From the IMG/VR virus record IMGVR_UViG_3300047461_000116, positions 1-25,191 of that record: 25,191 bases of DNA; one strand, 5' to 3'. Below are positions 9,601-17,242 of this stretch, piece after piece. Origin of the DNA: a virus (lineage: Duplodnaviria; Caudoviricetes). How positions within the stretch are numbered: position 1 is the first letter of the stretch; each line of letters begins with the position of its first letter. Made by a program: the position numbers and the translations under genes. The notes under the pieces are model-generated. The model saw nothing but the letters and a program-made list of their open reading frames with translations. It was not told the origin of the DNA and made no database searches.

Positions 9601-10597
9601 CCTCGGTATCTTTCGAGCCGCCCCCAAAAGGATGCTCATCCATTAGATACTCATCTACATATTTTTTCTGTTGATTCTTAAGTTGTCTATCTGTTTTCTT
9701 TGCTTGCCCTTTCGGAATTGAAATAATTTTCCAGTTTGGCCTAAAGGGTGTGCCGTTTGGAACGCCACTAAATACACCAAAACGTGTTTGCGATGATGGC
9801 GTAAACGCACCACAAAATGCAGGCTGCGCTGCGCCACTTCTCGTAGGCGCATAGAACACTTGGTCTGAACCAGACAAGCCTGGGTTATCTCTGTCACCAT
9901 CAATCGCTAGGTTCCCGTAGCGCAAGTTATACGCACGCAGACGACTGCCAGCGCCTAAAACTTCAAAGCCGCCGTTCCAGTAAAAATCAAAGTAATCCTC
10001 GTAAATACCATCAAGCGCGTTATTGCCAAGAAAGATTCCGGCAAGTTCAGGTCTTGCCATGTTGCCTTGACCGGCAATCGCCACAATCTCAGCAACTTGA
10101 TAGCCGCCCCAGCTCTTCATGCGGGACCACGCCAGCTGTGGTGAAATCAACAGGCCGCCTGTACCCTTGTCGCTGTTTTGATCATTAGGGTCAACTTGAC
10201 CCTTGCGACGGGTAAACGCAATCGGAACGGTCTGACCGTACTCAGCTAATTCTTGGAGGCTGTCAAAGCCAAAGGACGGAGTGTAAACATCTTTGCCTGA
10301 ACGACCTCCAAGCTGACGACGCTTGGTTTGATCTCCTTTTGGCTGCTGAGGTTTTGGGGCAAGCAAAATTGCAGCCGCAGTGCTTAAAACACTGACGACA
10401 AGGCTGACAATCGCAATCGTTCCTGCCTCGTTCTGTATGTCTGGAATATGCGCAAAATCTTCTGGGCGCTCCTTGTATCGACGCTCTACTTCATTCGCAA
10501 ACTGTCGATATTCCTGCTCACTACAACCAAGAGCTGCAATCAGCCGCTTTTCATACGGAAGCAGTGGCTGCTCGACATTCCGTCGATGGGGCACCAT
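6677..10597 (-). CDS. Tail tip attachment/host-specificity protein (lambda gpJ-like, ~1306 aa)
   Basis: Large ORF after NlpC/P60; hydrophobic IAIVSLVVSVLSTAAAILLAPKP then FGFDSLQELAEYGQTVPIAF; SSNLLTDLLWYLVT, LKNGKMSL, FTEGNIIEDS and LEAGKFIRV J-like motifs. Start moved from 10645 to ATG 10597 to reduce the overlap (uncertain). Confidence 0.8.
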   Translation of the reverse strand: MVPHRRNVEQPLLPYEKRLIAALGCSEQEYRQFANEVERRYKERPEDFAHIPDIQNEAGTIAIVSLVVSVLSTAAAILLAPKPQQPKGDQTKRRQLGGRSGKDVYTPSFGFDSLQELAEYGQTVPIAFTRRKGQVDPNDQNSDKGTGGLLISPQLAWSRMKSWGGYQVAEIVAIAGQGNMARPELAGIFLGNNALDGIYEDYFDFYWNGGFEVLGAGSRLRAYNLRYGNLAIDGDRDNPGLSGSDQVFYAPTRSGAAQPAFCGAFTPSSQTRFGVFSGVPNGTPFRPNWKIISIPKGQAKKTDRQLKNQQKKYVDEYLMDEHPFGGGSKDTEEGSSDCGMPGTGTNYARRVGIVSHSRHGRVTHTVRHTSSRNHESWANVKKEIECQVGDTIEVLIGKGRQEEKPFSVGGVEPVDLSDIRSAIQAESARYDAMFTLGSTWMIGRTTWKVIRRSTIDDGPYDGSKESHVNNGITITLECIEVWSRFQKKIGIVDEDAIIAGKKVPFTQVNDDIHEAWYPLLKYELGTFQNTRACDVTEIGLKSQVWAKFEGMTNFNTVPSPRTLVESNKDRISYSEGKVTSFAHRMSFFALDVRPSNYDESKSSNNGWVNVGPYIFAVLGNSPVDQYSFIRVKHPERKQFEYRLRPFNSAIFVNQSNGEGDVFVLDGGRTGAEAWFGETIYGQFQITARGYKQEPRNKFVHLEMAAVPEVVDQDGDGNIDIIYGTLSKENQSLDLNPEAVSIVANDTGPGYKQGDEINDRTESNIYALALGEDPYFANNNAGLHNDTRRTIENWEYTRVSGKEVYMRLHLISYEQNYDHTPRNKWWRVERVELLNYNGDYEAGDTFTKHARNANGVQFAFKYKFVKNTNSSGTVSFNRTATRLWQRYSGIAEVSHYGDLISRSCDNGPEHELVYVNETLSEETIPDYDGCAMAGLKLKSSDNFNQLDQLRTYVKNGIEVERLVEGGTGSSNLLTDLLWYLVTNKDTGAGNILNSALVDKALLTTTGRYLENNKLYWDDVITDPVNLRSWLSEQAPSVLCFVSLKNGKMSLEPALPYDSNHKIDASNPVAISAMFTEGNIIEDSLEFTWLELEERKMFQAAIIYQQSRVNQFPEQKTLIAYYGSDNSDLPIEEFTFNHITSDEHAAKVARYFLSLRKNLTHTITFKTLPWGLNLEAGKFIRVASEMSPYRPDNNGIIQDDGTVVAINALADGAYNVYYWERQTTAVSEGVLHVKNGKATELFNSVFSLKESAGSVSEIYQIEALDVDQDGIVTIKASNYAVNSNGVSQLAIDVLDTAGAITIEGDIGE

Positions 10598-10905
10598 GCG
10601 ACCGCCTTCAAATGCCGGTTGATGTAGAGACATCCTCTGCTCCAAACGACTGCAAAAACAGGATCACCCTGATTTAGCAGCAACACGTCCCCATCGTACT
10701 GCGGTTGCTCAACACGAGTTCCCCACTTCAATAAATCACGCCCGTACTGTCTGACGCTTTGGTTATACCAGTCAGCCTGAAATTTAGGCGTTGGAATGTT
10801 TAACCGTGCCAATACCTCATAAACCAAATGAATGCAGTCAATCGCCCCGTCTGCCCCAGTACCATCAGCGCCTAGCCGATAAGGTTTACCAATAAGATCA
10901 ATCAC
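10540..10905 (-). CDS. NlpC/P60-like tail assembly protein (gpK-like)
   Basis: DLIGKPYRLG.......IDCIHLV and GDVLLL motifs; lies between the hub and J-like genes. Confidence 0.8.
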   Translation of the reverse strand: MIDLIGKPYRLGADGTGADGAIDCIHLVYEVLARLNIPTPKFQADWYNQSVRQYGRDLLKWGTRVEQPQYDGDVLLLNQGDPVFAVVWSRGCLYINRHLKAVAWCPIDGMSSSHCFRMKSG

Positions 10906-11396
10906 GCAACTCGAACAGCGCTAGTCAACGGCAAATGACCAACAAGCTGTCGTGTTAAACGCTTGCGTGGTACGTCCGCTCCAACAGCATCAAACACTGA
11001 TGCCATCTCCAATGTCAGTGCTGTGCTGTCCCATTTGGCGCTAACGATCTGCCCGATGTACTGGTTGATCAAGGTGTAACCGTCTTTGTCGTCTGGGTCG
11101 ATTAACACAGTGCGAACGTTGGCTAGATATTCGTCCTGCACTGCAATCGTTGCGAATGGACGGCTCAGCTCGTTGTTTGGAAACGCGATCGTTGCAGGTT
11201 GGTTGTCACCGGACTTAGTGACGGTGACACCTGAAAACGCAAACGGCATAAAACCAAATTCGACCCTAGCGCCAGTGTCCTGGTTAAAAAAAGGCGCGTT
11301 TTCACCAACCCAGTAGTTCTGGAACTTGTAATCACCCAGCGTAGTAGGTGAGCGCAACGTCAAATAATGACCAAACGCGAGGGCAGTATCACTCAT
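10902..11396 (-). CDS. Baseplate hub/minor tail protein (gpL N-terminal or DUF1833-like)
   Basis: Immediately follows the TMP; F.FMPFAF, ATIAFPN, LTLEMAS and VPRKRLT pattern of gpL-like hub proteins. Confidence 0.6.
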   Translation of the reverse strand: MSDTALAFGHYLTLRSPTTLGDYKFQNYWVGENAPFFNQDTGARVEFGFMPFAFSGVTVTKSGDNQPATIAFPNNELSRPFATIAVQDEYLANVRTVLIDPDDKDGYTLINQYIGQIVSAKWDSTALTLEMASVFDAVGADVPRKRLTRQLVGHLPLTSAVRVA

Positions 11397-13888
11397 TAGA
11401 GACCAATCCTCTTACGCTGCGAAGTGTTCTGTCTAAGGGTAGTCAAGGCACGTTGTTCACCTTGTGTCGCGCCTTGTGCTGCAGCCTGCTGCATTCCACG
11501 CTGGAACTGATCAGCAGTTACATAATCAACGCTATTGATACGTTCCACGGTGTAACGAACGTCGATTGGTTCGGCAACTGCTGTTCCGCCACCTTCGCCT
11601 GAGGTTCCAGAACCGCCCGTTTCGGGAATGACAGAACCACCACGAGCACCGCGAGAATAACGCGCCATGCTTTCACGCATTTTGCTTTCAGGGATAACGT
11701 ATTCAGGTTCACCGCCTTCACCAACAAGAGCATTAGTCGGGCCTGAAACGTAACCGCCTTCTGCATATCCTGTTGGTATGCCGCCAAGTGATCCAAAAAC
11801 ATTTGAATCGACTTGAGTGAAATTGCCAGTAGCACCAGATGACATTGCGAAGCTACCACCGCCAATGCCCAGCGCCTTCATGATCGTGCCGTACAGGATC
11901 ATCGCCAGCTGCTGCGCAATGATCTTTGCCGCCATATCAAGGAAGTGTTCGGCAACCGACGCCATCATGTCGGCTAGTGCTTCCTGAGCACTCTTGCTGC
12001 CAGTGATGACAGATGTGAAGGCATTGCTGAATGCATTGCCAATAGCAGTTGCACCAGCAGCAACCTGATTTTCAATCTTGAGTAACTCTTCTAGCTGCTG
12101 TTTCATTTGATATCCAGGATCAGCCTCTTGCGCTTTTCGACGCGCTTCTTCGGCTTCTTCGGCGTCACGTCGTGCTTTTTCGGCGGCATCAGCAGCGGCT
12201 TGTGCAGCCTCTTCGCGTTGTATTTCTGCTTCCCTTGCTTCATGCAATTTCTTGATTAAAACTTCGATGTTGTCAATTTCAGTTTGTTTCAGGTCTGGGA
12301 ATTGCTTTGCAAGATCTGCAATTTGATGATCCCGCTGCAAAATGCGATCTTTCGCATCATCAACTTCATTGGTTAATGCAATTTGTCGTTCAAGTTGTTT
12401 GATCATTTCAGCCGCTGATTGCGCTTGTCTTTGGCGACGTTTTTCGGCTTCCTCGGCTTGCTTTCGTTGTTGTTCTGTTAATTTAGTCTGCCTTTGTTGC
12501 TCTGCTTCGTTTGACATTTGATTGATCAAGCCCATATTCAAACCTGCACCCTGTGTTGCGTCGTACTCTTTGACGCGTGCTGCTTCTTTAAGAAGCTTGA
12601 CTTGTTCGCGCATTCTGCGAACGCGTTCGATATCACCTTCAAGTACAAAATCTTCGACAGCGCCTTGTGCCGCTTTGACTGCTTCTTCTAAACGGTCGGC
12701 TTCCTCTGTAAGTTTTTGCGCTTCTTCCTCAAGTTCAGAAACAGGTGCTTCCTCTAAACGTTTATTAAACCGGCTTTGTGCAGTGGCTGCGTCGTATAAC
12801 GAATAGCCAACAGCTGCAACGCCTGCAGCCAGTGCAACCCACGGCGCTGCCGCGATTAAACCGCCAACACTAATAGCGGCAAGCAAACTTTTAATTGCAG
12901 CCAATGCGGGTGCCATCGTCACAAATGCCCCGGTGAGGCCAATGACGGCGGCCGTGAAAGTTTTAACTGGTCCCGGAAGGTCTCCAAACGCCTTAATGAT
13001 TTCGGTCAGCTGTTTGACCAATGGAACAACAACAGGCAGCAATTCAGAGCCAACTGCATTGCTTAGTTCTGAAACTGCATTGCTAAATGCCTTGAATTGT
13101 TGCGCCGGAGATTCTGCTAGTAATGCATCAATCTTGCCTTTGTTCTCGTCAAAACCTTTTGCTAAAGCATTGATCAAAATGTCCGACGTAATCTTGCCTT
13201 CACTACCAAGCTGCTTGAGTTCACCTACCGTAACACCCATCTCTTTTGAGACAAGTCGCAAAATGCCCGGCACTTGTTCCGCAATAGAGCGGAATTCATC
13301 ACCCTGCAAACGACCAGAACCGAGCGCCTGACTCAACTGCAAAAACGCACCTGATGCAGCAGCGGCAGATGTTCCGCTCGCTAGTGCTGTTGCATTAAAG
13401 CCTTCGTAAACCGTTTGAACTTGTTCAAGCGAAATACCGAGCGGCCGCAAACGTGCATAAGCGTCTGAAAAATTGCTTGCCGCTTCGGCTTGCGATTGAT
13501 TGAAAGTCCTGGCATTTTTACTTACAAGTTGTTGAATGCGTCCGAACTCGCCATATTCTTCAGACAGGGCTTTTAGCCGCACTTGTGTTTGCTTAAACTC
13601 TGCGGCTTGCCCAATGATTCGTTTCGTTAATGCGCCTGCACCGACGCTAAGAATCGCTCCGCGAACACCACTTAGCTTATTGGTCAGTGCCCTTGCACCT
13701 GCCGCAGCCCGATCAAAAGCAGACCGCATCTGTTTGCCCATGCGGCCAGCCACAACAGACAAATTACGCATGGCACGTTGCGTGCCAGACATGGTGCGTT
13801 GTACTTTTTTGCCTTCCTTGTCAACCTGGCGCAACGGGTTAATAGCTTTGACCGCGTTGACAATCAGCTCAACGTTGGATACTGCCAC
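11396..13888 (-). CDS. Tail tape measure protein (830 aa)
   Basis: QLSQALGSGRLQGDEFRSIAEQVP tape-measure motif, long helical/coiled-coil body, C-terminal YAEGGYVSGPTNALVGEGGEPEYVIP motif; GTG start; follows the chaperone. Confidence 0.95.
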   Translation of the reverse strand: MAVSNVELIVNAVKAINPLRQVDKEGKKVQRTMSGTQRAMRNLSVVAGRMGKQMRSAFDRAAAGARALTNKLSGVRGAILSVGAGALTKRIIGQAAEFKQTQVRLKALSEEYGEFGRIQQLVSKNARTFNQSQAEAASNFSDAYARLRPLGISLEQVQTVYEGFNATALASGTSAAAASGAFLQLSQALGSGRLQGDEFRSIAEQVPGILRLVSKEMGVTVGELKQLGSEGKITSDILINALAKGFDENKGKIDALLAESPAQQFKAFSNAVSELSNAVGSELLPVVVPLVKQLTEIIKAFGDLPGPVKTFTAAVIGLTGAFVTMAPALAAIKSLLAAISVGGLIAAAPWVALAAGVAAVGYSLYDAATAQSRFNKRLEEAPVSELEEEAQKLTEEADRLEEAVKAAQGAVEDFVLEGDIERVRRMREQVKLLKEAARVKEYDATQGAGLNMGLINQMSNEAEQQRQTKLTEQQRKQAEEAEKRRQRQAQSAAEMIKQLERQIALTNEVDDAKDRILQRDHQIADLAKQFPDLKQTEIDNIEVLIKKLHEAREAEIQREEAAQAAADAAEKARRDAEEAEEARRKAQEADPGYQMKQQLEELLKIENQVAAGATAIGNAFSNAFTSVITGSKSAQEALADMMASVAEHFLDMAAKIIAQQLAMILYGTIMKALGIGGGSFAMSSGATGNFTQVDSNVFGSLGGIPTGYAEGGYVSGPTNALVGEGGEPEYVIPESKMRESMARYSRGARGGSVIPETGGSGTSGEGGGTAVAEPIDVRYTVERINSVDYVTADQFQRGMQQAAAQGATQGEQRALTTLRQNTSQRKRIGL

Positions 13889-13912
13889 GGCTACCTAAGC
13901 GATAGTCACATG

Positions 13913-14442
13913 CTATCGCCGCATTTTGGCGCGTTGCTGTGAACGCTCTTGCTCTTCCCCTTTAACTGCATAATATGCAGCGTAATAAATCAGCTCCGCA
14001 TCGGTTAGTTCCGTGCGAAGCCGACTAACAGTCATTCCTAATTCGCAGGACAAGAAAAACTCAAAATTGAGCCACTTGTCCTGCTTCAGTCGTTTTTTGC
14101 CTCGTCAATGTCAGGGTCCGTGCTGACGCCAAACAAGAACAGCTCAAGATCATTTAACACCGTTTCAGGCAGTCTGCGTTGCAGTTTCGCGGCATCAGCA
14201 GGCGCAAAGGCTTTGGTTCCATCCTCAAGTTCTGCCATTTGGCAAAGCATCTGCGTGCTGATGTCCAATGCTTCTTCAGTACCAGCAAGACTTGAAGCTT
14301 TTTTGCGATCTGCACGAGTGATGGGCTTGAAATACAGATCCGTCAGCTTTTCACCGTCTGCATTCTTTAGCTCAAATTTACGGCGTTGGTTCAGGTCGAA
14401 CGCCTCAGTAAGAAGGTCAACCGTTCGCTTTTGCGGTGCCAT
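13913..14442 (-). CDS. Tail assembly chaperone GT-like fusion made by -1 frameshift (~176 aa)
   Basis: Slippery A AAA AAC at 14092-14098; the -1 frame reads RLKQDKWLNFEFFLSCELGMTVSRLRTELTDAELIYYAAYYAVKGEEQERSQQRAKMRR to TAG at 13913-13915. Confidence 0.85.
14086..14442 (-). CDS. Tail assembly chaperone (gpG-like, 118 aa)
   Basis: Between tail tube and TMP; LYFKPITRADR and EDGTKAF motifs; ends ...EAKND* over a slippery site. Confidence 0.85.
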   Translation of the reverse strand: MAPQKRTVDLLTEAFDLNQRRKFELKNADGEKLTDLYFKPITRADRKKASSLAGTEEALDISTQMLCQMAELEDGTKAFAPADAAKLQRRLPETVLNDLELFLFGVSTDPDIDEAKND

Positions 14443-14443
14443 T

Positions 14444-14471
14444 AAAAAAGCGGGCCAAACTATGACCCGCT
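14444..14471 (-). terminator. Putative intrinsic terminator downstream of the tail tube gene
   Basis: Minus strand AGCGGGTCA-TAGTT-TGGCCCGCT followed by TTTTT (9-bp stem including one G-U pair). Confidence 0.65.
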
Positions 14472-14500
14472 AACAGTAGCACTAAACGCCTAAAAGTTCA

Positions 14501-14923
14501 TCACTCAAGGTTAGAAGTAATGGTGCCAGAGGTGACGAAGTTGCAGGTAACAATGACAAGCTCACCAACAGTGGAAGTGATTTCCATGTCGGTAATGATG
14601 CCAGAAAATTCCAGCGAATCCGTGCCAGTGGTGCTTCCGGTGGTGAACAGCTCAAATGATGCATCAGTGGCATCATTTGCCTTCACGACGTCCTCAATCA
14701 AACCGGCTTGACCCGTTGCGTCAGGGTCATAAACCAGCTCAACGGTGCCGGAGCCAGAAATCAAACCACCAACATAAGCACGGAAAGTATCGCCGTGATC
14801 AGTGGTTTCGTAGGTCTCTTTAGTGATCGACATCGACCAACTACGAGTCCCGACAACAGTTGCAAGGGTGCCTGATCCAGTTTCAAACTGAACAGAACCT
14901 TGCTCACCGCGAAGAATAGCCAT
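14501..14923 (-). CDS. Major tail tube protein (140 aa)
   Basis: RGEQGSV...RSWSMSITKETYETTDHGDTFRAYVGGLISGSGTVELVYD...GIITDMEI....GELVIVTCNFVTSG; canonical position and GAGG RBS. Confidence 0.9.
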   Translation of the reverse strand: MAILRGEQGSVQFETGSGTLATVVGTRSWSMSITKETYETTDHGDTFRAYVGGLISGSGTVELVYDPDATGQAGLIEDVVKANDATDASFELFTTGSTTGTDSLEFSGIITDMEITSTVGELVIVTCNFVTSGTITSNLE

Positions 14924-14925
14924 GG

Positions 14926-15351
14926 TCAGAGTTCCTCAATGAATTCAAAGGTCACACGGACCTGGGTTTGGTAATACCCTTCAGGCGATGGTGTTGCCAC
15001 TACCTCCGGGCCGATTGGTGCATCGAAGTAAACCCCCGACACAATGTTTCGATTATAGAGATCACGAATGCGCTTGCTGATTGTCAAATTGGCCCCAGCT
15101 CCTACACCTTGAGCACTGAAAACGTTGATAACAACCACTCCGGTCATGCGGTTGTCGGATCCTGTAGGTAGACCCTGCGTTAGATACGAACTGCTGTTAA
15201 AGCTGACAAGGCACTGCACCCACGATGAGTTCGGGGTTGGCTTGTATGCCATGTTGTGAAATACAACCGGCACCTGCGGGCTGTTATTTAGCTCAGTGGC
15301 AAGCCGACCTTCAATGGTCGATCTGATGGTGTTCAGGTTTGCTGCCGCCAT
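14926..15351 (-). CDS. Tail terminator protein (DUF4128-like)
   Basis: PVVFHNMAYKP, GVVVINVFSAQGVGAG and YYQTQVRVTF motifs; directly before the tail tube. Confidence 0.8.
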   Translation of the reverse strand: MAAANLNTIRSTIEGRLATELNNSPQVPVVFHNMAYKPTPNSSWVQCLVSFNSSSYLTQGLPTGSDNRMTGVVVINVFSAQGVGAGANLTISKRIRDLYNRNIVSGVYFDAPIGPEVVATPSPEGYYQTQVRVTFEFIEEL

Positions 15352-15836
15352 CAGCTTTGCCGCTTGATACGTTCATATTCTGCCTTCACATAATCACGAA
15401 GGTCGTTGTTGATTAAATCAATCCAACCAGGCCCATTGGTTTGGTGGCTGCTTCCTTTGCCGGGCTCTGCCCAGTTCGTTACCTTGCGATTTGGGTCATA
15501 CCGTTGTTCTTCTTTCTTGCCGGAACCGCCCTGCGCATAGGCGAGCTTTTCTGCGTATGGCAGGTTGTTATGGATGCTGTAATAGTTGCCAAGTTTTTCT
15601 GTGCCGTAGTTCGCTTTGCGCACTTGCGGCTGGGTGTTTCGGTAATCACCTTTAGGTAAGCCAGCAAACGGTGCAGCGTTTTGACCAATCGCCCAGCTGT
15701 TCCTAAACCGACCAAGGTCAACAGGGCTTGCCTGTTTAAGCATTGAATCGGCTTGCAAGACGGTTTTGCGCAAGACCTTTTCAACCTGCTCTTGCATGTG
15801 ATCAGCAATCTGATCGAGCCGTATTTCTTTTGCCAT
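15351..15836 (-). CDS. Neck/tail-completion protein (HK97 gp10-like)
   Basis: SPVDLGRFRNSW, NNLPYAEKL and GSSHQ...GWI motifs; ATG 15836 preferred over TTG 15842. Confidence 0.8.
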   Translation of the reverse strand: MAKEIRLDQIADHMQEQVEKVLRKTVLQADSMLKQASPVDLGRFRNSWAIGQNAAPFAGLPKGDYRNTQPQVRKANYGTEKLGNYYSIHNNLPYAEKLAYAQGGSGKKEEQRYDPNRKVTNWAEPGKGSSHQTNGPGWIDLINNDLRDYVKAEYERIKRQS

Positions 15837-15838
15837 GA

Positions 15839-16195
15839 TCAAGCACGCAAGAACAGCTCGTAAGTAATCGCGGTGTTTTCTAGCTCTTGCGTTGTGATCT
15901 GAATGATTTGATGAACGACGCCGCCAATCAAAACTCGATCATTAGTTTCAGGCGTGCTTGTCAGATCCTGCGCTGCAACTGTTAATCGCTTGTCACCAGC
16001 ACGCACAAGTTCGTTGACATCACGTTGATTGACATCTTCTAAAACACCCTTGATATTGTCGCTGCTACTGCTTGTAGTAATCGTGCCGCTTGACGTGTCA
16101 TAAGCACTAGCAGTCACAAAGGTGACCGTAACGCTGCCGCCAAACTTGCTGATGGCTTTGCCTGCAACCTTTTTCAGAGAGTTAGCAAGTCCCAT
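15839..16195 (-). CDS. Head closure/head-tail joining protein
   Basis: 118 aa with YD...G, LVRAGDKRL, P.TNDRVLIGG and YELFLR motifs; canonical position. Confidence 0.75.
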   Translation of the reverse strand: MGLANSLKKVAGKAISKFGGSVTVTFVTASAYDTSSGTITTSSSSDNIKGVLEDVNQRDVNELVRAGDKRLTVAAQDLTSTPETNDRVLIGGVVHQIIQITTQELENTAITYELFLRA

Positions 16196-16449
16196 CAGAT
16201 TCGATACGCAATGCAGGCACCGTTCTGAAGCTGAATGCTGGTAAACACACCGGTTAGATGGAAACCGGACGGCATCGACTCACCTGCAAGCGTGTTGCCG
16301 GTGTAATTTTCAGAGACGATTGAAGTAATCGTGCTGTTTTCGTAGAAGTCGATTTGCTTAAATCGACCTGTATGTGCAACAGAATCAGTGATTACTTCCG
16401 CGCCAACGGTGTAATCAACGTCGCCGTAGGATCCAAAACCTTTAGACAT
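16195..16449 (-). CDS. Small beta-rich virion protein, paralog B
   Basis: 84 aa, GAEVITDSVAHTGRF...GVFTSIQLQNGACIAYRI; coupled to the next gene; similar to 16452..16679. Confidence 0.7.
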   Translation of the reverse strand: MSKGFGSYGDVDYTVGAEVITDSVAHTGRFKQIDFYENSTITSIVSENYTGNTLAGESMPSGFHLTGVFTSIQLQNGACIAYRI

Positions 16450-16451
16450 GA

Positions 16452-16679
16452 TCAGAGTCGGTAAGCCATTACAGAGCCGCTGGTCAGCGTAATGCTGGTG
16501 ATCACACCGCAGATTTCGCAGCTTGCCTTCAATGGTGCTGCAGCCATTGAATTGCCGGTGATGTCTTCAGTGTCGATCGCAGCGATCACAGAATCCTCAA
16601 GGGCAACGATCTTGCCGAAACGACCTGTATGCGCTGCAGTGTCGTCAATGTATTCAGCACCCGGATACATGTATTGCAT
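16452..16679 (-). CDS. Small beta-rich virion protein, paralog A
   Basis: 75 aa, GAEYIDDTAAHTGRF...GVITSITLTSGSVMAYRL; GGAG RBS. Confidence 0.7.
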   Translation of the reverse strand: MQYMYPGAEYIDDTAAHTGRFGKIVALEDSVIAAIDTEDITGNSMAAAPLKASCEICGVITSITLTSGSVMAYRL

Positions 16680-16681
16680 GA

Positions 16682-17242
16682 TTAACTCCGTTTGATGGAA
16701 ACGTTACCCGGCCCACTGATTCTAATGCCGTTCAAATAACCCTGAACAATCGGTGGAATACGATCCAAACCGACAGCACCAAACTGATTTGGTGTGACAT
16801 TCAAGCTGCCGATACTGACGTTCTTGTAATCCTCAAGACCGCTTAGGCCGATGCCATCCTTGTTGTTGTTTAGATAAACAGCAAGCACCGCTTGTGCTTT
16901 TTTGACCCGCTCAGGGATCTCTTCGTCGGTGTAGTAATCAGTGGTAATACGAAACGGAAAACCAACGCTGTAAGTGTTGATATACGTCCCAGGGCGCCTG
17001 ACACCAGTTCGCGGCCATTCAAGCGCCTGCGTATCAGTTGCCTTTGCACCTAGAAACCGCTCGCGATCAATGCGCTGCGCAGCGGTATAAAGGGCACGAT
17101 TCTTTTGATCCGTGGTAGCACTTGCCCACGCAGTAACGTCATCATCTTCGATCAAGCCGTCGATGATATCTTGTGCGTCACTCAGCGTCAGGTAACTGTT
17201 GGCGCTTGCGCCGCCCGCTGTTGCGTCGATTGAGATTGCCAT
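16682..17242 (-). CDS. Head-tail adaptor (family often annotated as DnaT-like ssDNA-binding)
   Basis: ANSYLTLSDA, ALYTAAQRID, QALEWPR and IPERVKKAQAVLA motifs; lies after the capsid genes. Confidence 0.85.
   Translation of the reverse strand: MAISIDATAGGASANSYLTLSDAQDIIDGLIEDDDVTAWASATTDQKNRALYTAAQRIDRERFLGAKATDTQALEWPRTGVRRPGTYINTYSVGFPFRITTDYYTDEEIPERVKKAQAVLAVYLNNNKDGIGLSGLEDYKNVSIGSLNVTPNQFGAVGLDRIPPIVQGYLNGIRISGPGNVSIKRS

Noticed and set aside
16682-17242. DnaT-like replication protein interpretation
   Set aside because: The position after the capsid genes indicates a head-tail adaptor; no replication context.
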